A stretch of 57,336 nucleotides of DNA, taken from positions 1-57,336 of the forward strand of contig NZWD01000040.1 in the NCBI GenBank assembly GCA_002698225.1, given 5' to 3'. This DNA comes from Methanobacteriota archaeon. GTDB taxonomy: Archaea > Thermoplasmatota > Poseidoniia > Poseidoniales > Thalassarchaeaceae. Positions 7,567-17,826 of this stretch are shown piece after piece; position 1 is the stretch's first letter, and each line of letters opens with the position of its first letter. A model generated the notes under the pieces. The model saw only the letters and a program-made list of their open reading frames with translations. It was not told the DNA's origin and ran no database searches. A program made the translations under genes and the position numbers.

Positions 7567-8668
7567 GGCTATCCATGGCAGACATCAGTTCTGATTTGGT
7601 GGCGAAGTGTTGTGCTAGCGGCTCAAAGATGTCTGAAAGGGCGTCTGCAACGGCCATCTTAGCATCGAGAGGGTGGATTGAGCCATCAGAAACTGCCGAG
7701 ATGAACAAATCTAGATCGTCCCAAGTCGATGTTTGCCCGTACTTAGGGTCTGGAGATACTGTGATTGAGCCCAAGCGGGGCATAATAATCAGTCTGGCAA
7801 TCTCAAATACAGGGGATTCCAAATTGCCGACCTCAAGAAAAGCACCGCGCAACTTACTTCTCAGAGAATCCCGATCGTCATCAAGGAGGATAGCGTTGCT
7901 TGGGTCCGACTTTGACATCTTGTGATCGAATGAGTCCATTCTGCCTCCGGGCCCTTTGAGGCCGGACATCATTGGCGTATGGACACAGGTGGCCTTTGGC
8001 CAATTGTACTTGTCGGCGACCTCTCGCATGTACATGTGCGCCTTTCGCTGGTCCATCCCTCCGAATGCTATGTCTACTTCCAACTCGAATATATCGGCAG
8101 CCTGCAAGGCAGGATAGTAGAAAGCCGCGAGATCGTGGTCAGAGGATTCCTCATCACGCCCCATAATACTGAATGTTCTGCGGACTCTGGAGAGGCTCAT
8201 ATTCTTCGAGCATCTCAGGACCCTTTCCCAGTACTTCCCGGAATCCATCAACTCTGATGCGCTCAGGAACCTAAGTTCTCCGGCTCCCTCTCCCTCCTGA
8301 GGATTGTCGAGTAATGCTCTGAAGGTCTCTGCTAGGTATTCTCCTGCAATCGTTATCTTTTCCATATCTCGATCGAACTTGTCGTTAACCCACGCATGCC
8401 AGTCTGCTAGTAGGATAATCACATTCACTCCCTCGTCGAGCATCTCACGGATGGAGTCTGCCAGAAGCACATAAGCCACATGGGCCTTACCGCTTGGCTC
8501 AAGCCCAATATATGCGACCAATTGGTCGTCACCGGAGTGTGTCGATCCTCCCGACATCACTGAGGCGACATGTTCCGCACCTACGACCTCGGCACAACTG
8601 GAGAACATACGAGATATGCGCGAGCGCCCCTCCTCGTCCAGTGACGAGAGGGGGTCTTTGTCGCTCAT
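7550..8668 (-). CDS. tyrS: tyrosyl-tRNA synthetase, archaeal/eukaryotic type
   Basis: Colinear with M. jannaschii TyrRS as I recall it: YIGLEPSGKAHVAY, ILLADWHAW, YYPALQAADI, GGMDQRKAHM, KMSKS. Confidence 0.85.
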   Translation of the reverse strand: MSDKDPLSSLDEEGRSRISRMFSSCAEVVGAEHVASVMSGGSTHSGDDQLVAYIGLEPSGKAHVAYVLLADSIREMLDEGVNVIILLADWHAWVNDKFDRDMEKITIAGEYLAETFRALLDNPQEGEGAGELRFLSASELMDSGKYWERVLRCSKNMSLSRVRRTFSIMGRDEESSDHDLAAFYYPALQAADIFELEVDIAFGGMDQRKAHMYMREVADKYNWPKATCVHTPMMSGLKGPGGRMDSFDHKMSKSDPSNAILLDDDRDSLRSKLRGAFLEVGNLESPVFEIARLIIMPRLGSITVSPDPKYGQTSTWDDLDLFISAVSDGSIHPLDAKMAVADALSDIFEPLAQHFATKSELMSAMDSLVGSQ

Positions 8669-8674
8669 CCAATC

Positions 8675-9247
8675 TCACTCCAACAGTTTACCCAGTTTCT
8701 CAGCACGTCCGGCGGCCTTCGTGTTGTCGCCCTGCTCCAGTGCGGTCTGGATTTCCTCAATCATAGACTCTGCCTGCGCGGTGACCTCTTCGGAGGTGTT
8801 TTTCGACAATGACATGAAGTGGCGAGCAGCTGAGATGGCAGATTTCGCCTTACTGGCCTTCTTGGCCCATTCCTTCGCCTTGTCGCCTCTTTGCTTGGAG
8901 TTGTAACCCGTCGCCGCATCGAGAAATAAGGTCCATCTCCTCCGGTCATCCATGGCAGTTTTCACGGCCTCGGGATCCTCGAAGTCCGGAGCAACATTGG
9001 TGACATCGACAAGTAAGGCTCCCTTCTCATTGTAATTTGCCTCAATTAAGGTCATAACACCATGCGAGCCGCTGAATGAGTTGTCTCCAGAGTCCCTTAT
9101 GTCATCAAAGAACTCACTGGCTAGCGTCGCTAGGCCCCCATTCTCTGAAATCTGCTTCACTAGTCCTCGCTTTACGTCGAATCTCTCCATGCCGTGTCGC
9201 TGACTGGGGACTTCTTGAATGCTGTTGCCGTTAGTGACTCTGACCAT
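8675..9247 (-). CDS. hypothetical cytoplasmic protein
   Basis: 190-aa ORF lying 6 nt upstream of tyrS on the same strand, with a Lys/Ala-rich helical C-terminus. I recognise no family confidently. Confidence 0.5.
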   Translation of the reverse strand: MVRVTNGNSIQEVPSQRHGMERFDVKRGLVKQISENGGLATLASEFFDDIRDSGDNSFSGSHGVMTLIEANYNEKGALLVDVTNVAPDFEDPEAVKTAMDDRRRWTLFLDAATGYNSKQRGDKAKEWAKKASKAKSAISAARHFMSLSKNTSEEVTAQAESMIEEIQTALEQGDNTKAAGRAEKLGKLLE

Positions 9248-9285
9248 GTCGAACGGGCTAAACAGAAGTCACCCGTCCGCAGGTC

Positions 9286-10503
9286 ATGGCTTCTTCCGGC
9301 GCGAGAGTGTTGTCTGTGTTACTAGTGTCAGTCATGCTGCTGCCACATGCCCATGCCGACTCGGCGGTGGAACTGGATACTATCATCAGCCTTGCGCCTG
9401 TTGATCTGGGTATCGAGGGTGCTGCTGTTGATCCCGCCGGTGAGAGAGTAATCGTCTACGGTGCCGACTCCTACATGGAGCTGCTAGATGCATCTGATCC
9501 TCAAATCAGAATTGAATTGGTTTGGAATGGTGAAGGTGATTTGCATGCGGGTGACTTCCACCCTGGCGGTCAGACTGCATTGATAGTTGGCGAATCCGGC
9601 GAAGTTCTGAGATATGCACGGGATGATCATTCAGTGACCGATGCTGGAGGTAATCTTGAGTTTGGCAATGTTGACCTTCGCTCTGTGGCTTGGAACCCTG
9701 GTGGCTCTTGGGCTTATGTTGGCGGATCTGATGGCTGGCTCTGGAGGATGAGGGCTGCAGCCGATGGAGGTGCTGAGGTGCACTTACTAGAGGGAAGAGG
9801 GGGCAGTGATGTCACAGCAATCGACTGCCATGGCACTCAGATGCTCTGTGTAGTAACCAGTGTGGTAGACGGAATTGGAGTAATAAATCGGGACCATTCA
9901 ATATTCTGGATAGGAGGAACTGGTTACCCTTGGCAGGATGTGTTCTGCCCTCCAGACGATACAGGTCAATGCGTGGCTGTCTCGGATGACAGGAATGTAG
10001 GGATAATCGATTTAGACTCTGAGCATCCAATGACTACAGAACTGAGCATAATGCAGGTGACTGGTACAGAAGGGGCGTTTACGGGCATCTCGGGACAATA
10101 TGGTGACAGGTCAATAATCTCAGTAACTCCTTTCACGCTGATTGAGCATGATCTGAGTGACAACGGTACCTTCCCCTGGCTAGAGAACTCTGACGTAGAG
10201 GACTTCGACGCCAGTATCGCAGGTCAAAGGGTGGTCTCATCTTGGTCGACAGATAGGGACAGCGGCTGGATCCTTACTGATAGGGGCACACTGATTCAGT
10301 ATCACCCGCCATTACAAACAGTTCCCGGTGGAGTCCTTGGAGCGTGGATTCTAATAGCCATCCCAGCTGCAACAGCATTAGTTGTCCTGACCTTTACCCT
10401 GAGTCTATCTCCAACCCTACAGAACATGTTTACAATGAGGTTCGGAACTTCAGAAGAGAGGCGTTTGGCAAAGCGCGAGGCGCGCCGTAAGAGGGGACGC
10501 TAG
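9286..10503 (+). CDS. secreted beta-propeller-like protein with a C-terminal TM anchor and a basic tail
   Basis: N-terminal signal-like SVLLVSVMLLPHAHA. Repeated G-x-DG-W/Y strands, for example GGSDGWLWR. C-terminal TM segment WILIAIPAATALVVLTFTL followed by KREARRKRGR. Confidence 0.55.
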   Translation: MASSGARVLSVLLVSVMLLPHAHADSAVELDTIISLAPVDLGIEGAAVDPAGERVIVYGADSYMELLDASDPQIRIELVWNGEGDLHAGDFHPGGQTALIVGESGEVLRYARDDHSVTDAGGNLEFGNVDLRSVAWNPGGSWAYVGGSDGWLWRMRAAADGGAEVHLLEGRGGSDVTAIDCHGTQMLCVVTSVVDGIGVINRDHSIFWIGGTGYPWQDVFCPPDDTGQCVAVSDDRNVGIIDLDSEHPMTTELSIMQVTGTEGAFTGISGQYGDRSIISVTPFTLIEHDLSDNGTFPWLENSDVEDFDASIAGQRVVSSWSTDRDSGWILTDRGTLIQYHPPLQTVPGGVLGAWILIAIPAATALVVLTFTLSLSPTLQNMFTMRFGTSEERRLAKREARRKRGR

Positions 10504-10547
10504 TCGGCAATGTTCATTTGGACTGCGTGGTCGCGATAGGTTAGAGC

Positions 10548-11720
10548 ATGGCATACGAGGCATTAGACTTCTACGATATCGATGCCCTCCTCACCGAGGA
10601 GGAGAGAATGGTCCGCGACATGGTCAGAGACTGGGTAGACAAGGAGGTCATTCCCAACATTGAGGAGGCCTGTCGCGAGGGGGTGTTCCCCGACAAGTGG
10701 AGAGTCGATTTAGGTGAAATGGGCATTCTAGGTGCTCCTCTGAAGGGATATGGGTGCCCTGGTCTTTCCTACATCGCCTACGGCCTCATCTGCCAAGAGC
10801 TTGAGCGTGGCGACAGTGGTGTACGGTCGTTCGCCAGCGTCCAGGGCTCCTTGGCGATGTACCCAATCTGGGATTTCGGAAGTGAGGAGCAGAAGAACCA
10901 TTACCTGCCGGGGATGGCGACCGGCGAGTTAATCGGATGCTTCGGACTGACTGAGCCAGACTACGGATCTAACCCCGGCGACATGATTACTCGGGCTGAG
11001 GACAAGGGTGACCACTATCTTCTGAATGGCGCCAAGATGTGGATTACCAACGGCACGACAGCCGATTTAGCTGTAGTTTGGGCCAAGCTGGACGGAGTGA
11101 TTAGAGGTTTCATCGTCGAGAAGGATGATCCTGGCTTCTCGGCTCCCGAGATGACTGGTAAGCACTCTCTCAAGGCCAGCGTCACCAGTGAGTTAGTGTT
11201 CCAAGACTGTCAAATCCCCAAGGATAGAATTCTTCCAGGAGTCAAGGGGCTCAAGGGCCCATTTAGTTGCCTCAACAACGCACGCTACGGTATCTCATGG
11301 GGTGCAGTAGGGGCGGCCCAGTCATGCTTTGACTCGGCAAAGGAATATGCATTGAGCCGGATTCAGTTTGGCCACCCCATAGCATCGTTCCAATTGATTC
11401 AGAACAAGTTGTCATGGATGCTTAGAGAGATTACTAAGGCTCAACTTCTAGCATATCACCTCGGAAATAAGAAGGATGATGGGACTTGGATTCCAGAGCA
11501 AATTTCACTCGCCAAGATGAACAATGTAGACATCGCCTTGGAGATTGCTAGAATGTCCAGAGACATACATGGTGCCAACGGGATTCTTGACGAGTATCCT
11601 GTGATGCGACACATGGCTAATCTAGAGTCTGTAAAGACCTACGAGGGAACGCATGACATCCATAATCTCATTCTCGGCCGCCACATAACTGGCATCCAGT
11701 CGTTCACCCGAGAACCCTAG
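10548..11720 (+). CDS. acyl-CoA dehydrogenase, glutaryl-CoA dehydrogenase-like
   Basis: GCFGLTEPDYGSNPG, GAKMWITNG and YEGTHDIHNLILGRHITG are typical of the GCDH subgroup. Confidence 0.85.
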   Translation: MAYEALDFYDIDALLTEEERMVRDMVRDWVDKEVIPNIEEACREGVFPDKWRVDLGEMGILGAPLKGYGCPGLSYIAYGLICQELERGDSGVRSFASVQGSLAMYPIWDFGSEEQKNHYLPGMATGELIGCFGLTEPDYGSNPGDMITRAEDKGDHYLLNGAKMWITNGTTADLAVVWAKLDGVIRGFIVEKDDPGFSAPEMTGKHSLKASVTSELVFQDCQIPKDRILPGVKGLKGPFSCLNNARYGISWGAVGAAQSCFDSAKEYALSRIQFGHPIASFQLIQNKLSWMLREITKAQLLAYHLGNKKDDGTWIPEQISLAKMNNVDIALEIARMSRDIHGANGILDEYPVMRHMANLESVKTYEGTHDIHNLILGRHITGIQSFTREP

Positions 11721-11783
11721 ACATTAGCCACACTGGGATTTCCGAAAATTGATAGCGGGACTGATGTTCGGAGTGATGTTACT

Positions 11784-12545
11784 ATGGCCATAGGAGTTCT
11801 ACTCAAGCAAGTTCCTGATACTACTGCAAAGATTGGAGTGTCTGAGGGCAGAGTGGACGAAACTGCAGTCAGCAAGTGGTCGATGAGCCCATATGATGAG
11901 TATGCATTAGAGAGTGCTCTACGGTTGAAAGAGGCAGGGGGTGAGGATGTAGTCGCAATCACCTGCGGACCTACTCGCGCAGCCAAGATGCTCACGGATG
12001 CCGCCGCTGTGGGTGTGGATTCCTTGTTGCATGTACTAGTTGATGATCTAAGCGCGCTCGACAGTACTCAAGTCCAGTCGATTCTAGCAGCTGCTCTTGG
12101 ACGGGCTGATTGTGATGTTGTATTCTGTGGCAAACAGGCCGCTGATACGAATGCGGGTTCTACTGGCCCTGGAGTCGCCCTGTTGCTCGGGGCCAGTTGC
12201 GTCTCTCATGTCTCCGAGGTCTCTCCGGACGGAGGAGGTTATCTCGCACTGCGCGCTAGTACAGGTGGTGATGAGAGGGTGCAAGTATCTGCTCCCTGTA
12301 TATTCGCATTCGATAAGGGGGACGAAGAACTTCGCAGGCCCAATGTCAGGGGCATAATGATGGCTAAGAAGAAGGCCATTGAGACGATATCACCAAGTGA
12401 TTTGGGAGTCTCATTGGACAATTCCAGGGTAACTGTAGTAAGTCATACTCCTCCTCCCGAAAAGCCACCTGGACAGAAATTTGAGGGTGCTGAATCGGTT
12501 GCGACAGTAGTGGGCAAACTCAGGGATGAGGCTAACGTAATCTAG
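11784..12545 (+). CDS. etfB: electron transfer flavoprotein beta subunit
   Basis: VLLKQVPDT, MSPYDEYALESALRLKE, CGKQAADTNAG, NVRGIMMAKKK. Confidence 0.9.
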   Translation: MAIGVLLKQVPDTTAKIGVSEGRVDETAVSKWSMSPYDEYALESALRLKEAGGEDVVAITCGPTRAAKMLTDAAAVGVDSLLHVLVDDLSALDSTQVQSILAAALGRADCDVVFCGKQAADTNAGSTGPGVALLLGASCVSHVSEVSPDGGGYLALRASTGGDERVQVSAPCIFAFDKGDEELRRPNVRGIMMAKKKAIETISPSDLGVSLDNSRVTVVSHTPPPEKPPGQKFEGAESVATVVGKLRDEANVI

Positions 12546-12554
12546 GTGATTTAG

Positions 12555-13475
12555 ATGGATGTAACAGTAATTGCGGATTCTACTGCTGACGGACTAAACC
12601 CGGTCACTGCACAGTTGGTTGGGGCGGCTTCCTCGATTGGAGGTACGACAACAGTACTCTGTCCGGGAGGAGTTGGGAGCAGTCAGGCATCTGCGATTTC
12701 TGGAGTAGCAAAGGTCATTTCTGTCGAAGGTGATTGCTTCGGAACTTTCGAAGGAGGAGCGTGGGCTAATGCTCTCAACTCTCTTGCTACTGGAGAACTC
12801 ATTCTGGCAGCAGCATCGCCTCGCGGAAGAGATATTGCAGCGTCATTGGCTGCAATCAGAAAGATTCCAGTAATCCAAGATGTTACTGGATTAGAGGCCG
12901 GCATGGTTGTCACGAGGCCTATCTACTCAGGCAAGGCGATTGAGACTTCGAATGTCTCCACTCCTTGTGTCATCACTCTGCGAGCCAATGCCTTCGATGA
13001 CGCACCCGAGGGAGGTAGTGCGGATGTCGGTACGGTCAATCAGAGTGCGGATGTGGGTCTAGCAGTAAAGGAGGCCCTCGCCAAGGCTAGTGAAAGGCTG
13101 GATGTAACCGAGGCAGACATTATCATTTCCGGAGGCAGGGGTATGGGCGATCCGTCCAACTTCTCGCACCTGAATGAGGTCGCAGATATCATCGGGGCTG
13201 CCGTAGGGGCCAGCAGGGCTGCTGTGGACACTTGGGATGAGATTCCTCATAGTATGCAGGTCGGACAGACTGGAAAGACGGTTACACCGAGTCTGTACAT
13301 CGCAGTAGGAATCAGTGGAGCAATTCAGCATCTTGCTGGCATGAAGACTAGTAAGTACATCGTTGCAATAAACAAAGACCCGGATGCACCAATCTTCGGG
13401 GTCGCCGACTATGGGATAGTCGCAACTTGGGAGGATGCGTTGCCTGTTCTCAAGTCAGAGTTGGCTAAACTCTGA
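12555..13475 (+). CDS. etfA: electron transfer flavoprotein alpha subunit
   Basis: IIISGGRGMG, VGASRAAVD, QVGQTGKTVTPSLYIAVGISGAIQHLAGM, IVAINKDPDAPIF. Confidence 0.9.
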   Translation: MDVTVIADSTADGLNPVTAQLVGAASSIGGTTTVLCPGGVGSSQASAISGVAKVISVEGDCFGTFEGGAWANALNSLATGELILAAASPRGRDIAASLAAIRKIPVIQDVTGLEAGMVVTRPIYSGKAIETSNVSTPCVITLRANAFDDAPEGGSADVGTVNQSADVGLAVKEALAKASERLDVTEADIIISGGRGMGDPSNFSHLNEVADIIGAAVGASRAAVDTWDEIPHSMQVGQTGKTVTPSLYIAVGISGAIQHLAGMKTSKYIVAINKDPDAPIFGVADYGIVATWEDALPVLKSELAKL

Positions 13476-14963
13476 TTATCTCACACGGACTGTGATTGAT
13501 GACTTCGTCGCAGAGCCTCTGTCATCGGTGACTGTCAAGTGGAACACATGAACGCCTTCTGCTAGTTTAACTCTGATTCTATCACTGTGGCCGATTACTC
13601 TCTCCCGGTCGTCCTCCCAAGCCCATGATGCAATGTCGCCATCGGGGTCGAATGAACGGCTGCCATCGAGTAGAACCTCGGCCTTACCATCATCGTCCGC
13701 CTCGACTGTGATATCATCTCCTGCATCAGCCACCGGGGGCAGGTTGATTGCACGCGCCGATGCAGATAACTCTTCTAGGATGTCGGGCTCTGTTTCTGGT
13801 TCTTGGGAATTGACCTCCGGCTCTTCATTGAGGGCATGGAGGATCTGATCGGCTTCTGGATCAGCTATCGGTCTTGATTCCGCAATGGCCTCCTCCTCGG
13901 GAGAAAGGGCACCGGAGAAATTCTCATTTTCGTCCTTTTTGTACTCCTGTGGGATATGATCGTCAGTGGCTGGGGTGTCGGGGTCGATAATTACCACAGG
14001 AGCAGGGGTCCCTCCGAACTTACGATCGTCACCGATTAGTGCAACTCGTTCCCCTAGTGGGAGCATCTGCTCGACAATTCCGGGGTGCTCGAATTGCCAG
14101 ACTATCGTACCATCGGATGAGACTCTGAACACATCGAACCAAGAGGCTACCAGCAGGTCATCGCCCCAATGCTCTATGCTTGAGATCTGGTAATCAAAAT
14201 GAGAGATGGATTCCATTTCTTCACTGCCAATCTGCATCTTCAACAGCGTTCCATCGAAGCAACCTACCAGGACTCCCGTTTCGGAGGGTAGCATTGATGT
14301 GGCTCTGGAGGCTATCTCAGTCGAGTTCAGAAGACCTCTTTCGGGGTGCCAGCACTCGATTCTGTTCTCAGGACGATCATCGACTGTTACTCCCAATGAG
14401 TTCCTAGCCACCATAAGAACCCCGTCGTCGCGGAATGACATACATGAGACAGTCTCAACATCATCAGCCGCTGCAGGAGTGTCGTGCAATAATTCCAGTG
14501 CGGAGTTCATCATTAGCACACTACCGTCATCTAATGCAACTGCGCAGTTTCCTTCTTTTGAGCAAGCAATAGCTTCGGGGAGCTTACAATCGGTCGAAGT
14601 CAGTAGGCTCCCTTCTCTCGAGATGAGGAGGAGTCTGTTAGATGAGTCAGCCACCAGGACTCCATCGGGATGAGCGCAAATCATCTCGCAACCGGATTCG
14701 ATATCGTACTCCCAAAGCAACTTGTCGTGGTAAGCCTTGACTCCACCGGTGCTGGTCGCCGCGACTACAATTCCATTAGAATTAGCTATACCAATGATTC
14801 GCTCATTCAGTTCGGCTGAATCAATTATCACTCCATCAGATCCGTAGATCTGGAGGGAACCAGAGTCGAATCCTACGGCGAAGTTTCCATCGCCTAACTG
14901 GCAGGAGTGTCTTGCAACCCCTGTGAGCGGGGCCGAAGTCAAAGCAGGAATTGTCCCTCTCAT
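13476..14963 (-). CDS. beta-propeller (PQQ/WD-like repeat) protein with an acidic linker and a C-terminal PKD domain
   Basis: 495 aa. The N-terminal ~330 aa contain repeated DG-hydrophobic strand motifs. An acidic linker follows (EPEVNSQEPETEPD). The C-terminus LDGSRSFDPDGDIASWAWED...FHLTVTDDRGSATKSSITVRV is PKD-like. No obvious signal peptide. Confidence 0.55.
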   Translation of the reverse strand: MRGTIPALTSAPLTGVARHSCQLGDGNFAVGFDSGSLQIYGSDGVIIDSAELNERIIGIANSNGIVVAATSTGGVKAYHDKLLWEYDIESGCEMICAHPDGVLVADSSNRLLLISREGSLLTSTDCKLPEAIACSKEGNCAVALDDGSVLMMNSALELLHDTPAAADDVETVSCMSFRDDGVLMVARNSLGVTVDDRPENRIECWHPERGLLNSTEIASRATSMLPSETGVLVGCFDGTLLKMQIGSEEMESISHFDYQISSIEHWGDDLLVASWFDVFRVSSDGTIVWQFEHPGIVEQMLPLGERVALIGDDRKFGGTPAPVVIIDPDTPATDDHIPQEYKKDENENFSGALSPEEEAIAESRPIADPEADQILHALNEEPEVNSQEPETEPDILEELSASARAINLPPVADAGDDITVEADDDGKAEVLLDGSRSFDPDGDIASWAWEDDRERVIGHSDRIRVKLAEGVHVFHLTVTDDRGSATKSSITVRVR

Positions 14964-15018
14964 GATTCGTGATTGTACGATGTGACTTCATTCTGCCGCG
15001 TCCACGGGCCTTTGTGAA

Positions 15019-16509
15019 TCATGTCTTGGCGGCATCGTTGCGAACTCTCTCGACTCTAGAGAGGTACTCCTCGGTTATGCCTCCAGTCACATAGATCCCA
15101 TCGAAGCATGAGCAGTCGAAATTGGCTAGCTTATCTTTGCCACCACCCAAGCATGCCTCGACTAAATCATCCAGTTCTTGATAGATTAGCCAATCCGCCC
15201 CTATCGCTTCGGCAATCTCCTTGATGCTGCGGTCGTGGGCCACATACTCTGCCCTGGCTGGCATGTCTATACCATACACATTCGGATGGATAATTGGGGG
15301 GGCAGAGGAGGCGAAGAAGACCTGTTTGGCACCGGCTTCCTTAGCCATTTCGATAATTCTGCGCGATGTGTTTCCCCGAACTATGCTATCATCGACAATC
15401 ATCACTGTCTTACCTGCGAACTCCCAGTCGATTGTGTTGAGTTTCTTCTTCACTGAGTCCTTCCTCATTGATTGCCCTGGCATGATGAATGTCCTTCCTA
15501 TGTAGCGATTCTTCACGAAGCCTTCTCGATAATCGACTCCGAGTGTTCGAGCCATTTCCATGGCGGCAATCCTGCCACTATCTGGGACAGGAATGATTGC
15601 GTCGATTCCATGGTCGGGGCGCTCTTTGAGGACCCTACTAGCCAGTGCAGCCCCCATGCGCAGACGGGCCCCATGAACCGAAATTCCATCTATGGTAGAG
15701 TCGGGGCGAGCGAAGTAAACATGCTCGAAGATACATGGAGTATAGGCCGGCTCGGAGTGACATTGTTTGGCTGAGAACGCGCCGTCAACCCTTGCGATTA
15801 CTGCCTCTCCTGGTGCTATATCTCGCTCGGGGGTGAAGCCTAAGGCAGCGCATGCAACGCTCTCTGAGGTGAACATTCGTTCAGTGAAACCTTCATTTTC
15901 GCACACTCCCATGAATAGGGGTCTGATTCCATGCGGATCCCTGAATGCTACAAGTCCCCATCCGGTAATCATCGCGATTACGCTGTAACTACCCTCTACT
16001 CTCAGATGAGTCCTCTCTACAGCCCGGAAGATGTCGTCTTCGGAAAGAGCATCGAGCCCACCGGGCCTACCATTGACTGACCTCTGGATCTCGGCAGCGA
16101 ACAGGTTGAGCAGCGCCTCCGAGTCAGAACTGGTGTTGATTCTCCTGTGGTCATACTCCAATAGGCCGTTGATGATGTCCGTTGTGTTGTTCAGATTGCC
16201 ATTGTGAGCGAGGCTGACTCCAAAGGGTGTGTTTGTGTAGAACGGTTGCGCCTCGGCTACTGAACTGGATCCCGCAGTGGGATAACGGACATGACCCATT
16301 CCCATGTGGCCAAGTAGATTCGACATGTGCTTGGCCCTGAAAACATCCCTGACAAGGCCATTCGCACGCCTGTGATAGATATTCTCAGAATCGCTCGTGA
16401 CTATACCTGCTGCATCCTGTCCACGGTGCTGTAGGACTAGCATGCCATCGTAGATGCTGCTCGCTACCTGAGTAAGCGGATGTCCCAAGATGCCGATGAT
16501 ACCGCACAT
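15019..16509 (-). CDS. purF: amidophosphoribosyltransferase
   Basis: MCGIIGILGH provides the N-terminal nucleophile Cys. Other motifs: HVRYPTAG, AHNGNL, the PRTase loop MIVDDSIVRGNT and C-terminal CSCFDG. The start is moved to the ATG at 16509; the longer ORF would run into rpl37e. Confidence 0.9.
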   Translation of the reverse strand: MCGIIGILGHPLTQVASSIYDGMLVLQHRGQDAAGIVTSDSENIYHRRANGLVRDVFRAKHMSNLLGHMGMGHVRYPTAGSSSVAEAQPFYTNTPFGVSLAHNGNLNNTTDIINGLLEYDHRRINTSSDSEALLNLFAAEIQRSVNGRPGGLDALSEDDIFRAVERTHLRVEGSYSVIAMITGWGLVAFRDPHGIRPLFMGVCENEGFTERMFTSESVACAALGFTPERDIAPGEAVIARVDGAFSAKQCHSEPAYTPCIFEHVYFARPDSTIDGISVHGARLRMGAALASRVLKERPDHGIDAIIPVPDSGRIAAMEMARTLGVDYREGFVKNRYIGRTFIMPGQSMRKDSVKKKLNTIDWEFAGKTVMIVDDSIVRGNTSRRIIEMAKEAGAKQVFFASSAPPIIHPNVYGIDMPARAEYVAHDRSIKEIAEAIGADWLIYQELDDLVEACLGGGKDKLANFDCSCFDGIYVTGGITEEYLSRVERVRNDAAKT

Positions 16510-16555
16510 CGGATAACGCTCCGCGCTGGCGGTCAGGGACTTAGCACTTTCCGGG

Positions 16556-16741
16556 TCACTTGCCTGAGCCCATGGAACGTGAACGTTTGTTCCATCTGTA
16601 CTTTCGAATCCTAGCAGTGGCCCCATAGCCGCAATGGGCACAGACGCTCTTGGTCTTGTGATATGAGTGTCTACCGCAGCGTCTACATCTGATGTGAGTG
16701 GACTTCTGCCTCTTTCCCATGCTGGGTGTTCCTTTTGACAT
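16556..16741 (-). CDS. rpl37e: 50S ribosomal protein L37e (eL37)
   Basis: [40 protein letters not shown] with a C4 zinc ribbon. Start at the ATG at 16741. Confidence 0.9.
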   Translation of the reverse strand: MSKGTPSMGKRQKSTHIRCRRCGRHSYHKTKSVCAHCGYGATARIRKYRWNKRSRSMGSGK

Positions 16742-16806
16742 CACTACCACCTAGGACAGCGCGGCGACCGAAGGGAGTGTTATGAGAGTTGCCCAATAGA
16801 GTTGCA

Positions 16807-17163
16807 TCACTCGGAGCCAGATTCGGCATCTGAAAGCGCAATCAGGGGGTCGTCGGGACGCCGCTTGAGAGAAGCTTGTATGATGAGTACAGTAAGGACT
16901 GAGAATGCGATGTAAATCAAATCGAACATCGAAAGCGCACCGTCTATGAGATTAGTCCTCAATGCCACCAAGTCGAATGAGACTCCATTAAAGATAGAAT
17001 GTAAATAGGTCGAAGCGAAGATAACCGCAGTGGTTACTGCGATTGGGATAGCCGGACGATGATATGGATTCAGAGTACCTATCGTCGCTAGTATGATTAG
17101 TAGAGATGTCAGGGCCGCCGAGCCTAGGAATGCACTCGCTATCGATTCCATCTCAGGACTCAT
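16807..17163 (-). CDS. small integral membrane protein, unknown function
   Basis: 118 aa with 3-4 hydrophobic helices and an acidic tail. It overlaps the upstream membrane-protein gene by 11 nt. Confidence 0.45.
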   Translation of the reverse strand: MSPEMESIASAFLGSAALTSLLIILATIGTLNPYHRPAIPIAVTTAVIFASTYLHSIFNGVSFDLVALRTNLIDGALSMFDLIYIAFSVLTVLIIQASLKRRPDDPLIALSDAESGSE

Positions 17164-17701
17164 CTGATGCCTCCAAGTGGCGCCTCAGGACGCTTCCTAT
17201 GTACTTCCTCTCTTTCTCCGATAGAGGCTCTGTTTCGGGCTCAGTAGGAGTCCTGCGTTCGGTGAATCTGACAGACAGAGCAAAGACAGTGATTGCCAAT
17301 ACGACTCCGAGAATAGAACTCACCCATGACAAAATCTCTACCATAGTCAATTTAGGGATTATTGCTAGCATCAAGTACCAGGCAGAGAACACAAATACCC
17401 AGCCCACAAACAGTGGCAATGGCTTTCGATCCGAGTAAGTTGGCGCACCTGAAAGAACCAATGTAGTTCCCAATACTGCCGATGCAAGCCACGGTCCTGC
17501 ATCCATGGCAGTTTCCATAAGAAGTAACTCCGGCTCAGGTGGCTGCTTTGTGTGTAGCAGTATCAAAGCAAGACCTAGTACAGCAACCGGCGCCCCTACA
17601 GGGTGTCTCCTGAAGGCAGGACCTGTCCTGTGCATGGCGAATCCGATAGCAGCAAGACAGAAACCCCCCCAGACCTGAACCGCAGCCAATGACACATACA
17701 T
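17153..17701 (-). CDS. integral membrane protein, unknown function
   Basis: 182 aa with about 5 hydrophobic helices and a charged C-terminal tail (TEPETEPLSEKERKY). Confidence 0.45.
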   Translation of the reverse strand: MYVSLAAVQVWGGFCLAAIGFAMHRTGPAFRRHPVGAPVAVLGLALILLHTKQPPEPELLLMETAMDAGPWLASAVLGTTLVLSGAPTYSDRKPLPLFVGWVFVFSAWYLMLAIIPKLTMVEILSWVSSILGVVLAITVFALSVRFTERRTPTEPETEPLSEKERKYIGSVLRRHLEASDES

Positions 17702-17826
17702 TGGCGAGCAATGGCATTACATCGTATTTGTGACTCCTGACTGCCACATTCGCTCCGCAGTACCCGCGATAGAGTTCATAAACGGGTCATCGGTGGCCGC
17801 GATGTCGTAGGACGCGAAGTGAGCCC

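Noticed and set aside
16510-16641. 44-codon N-terminal extension of the purF ORF, which would overlap rpl37e.
   Set aside because: PurF requires an N-terminal Cys nucleophile. MCGIIG begins at the ATG at 16509, and the extension would bury it and overlap the L37e gene.
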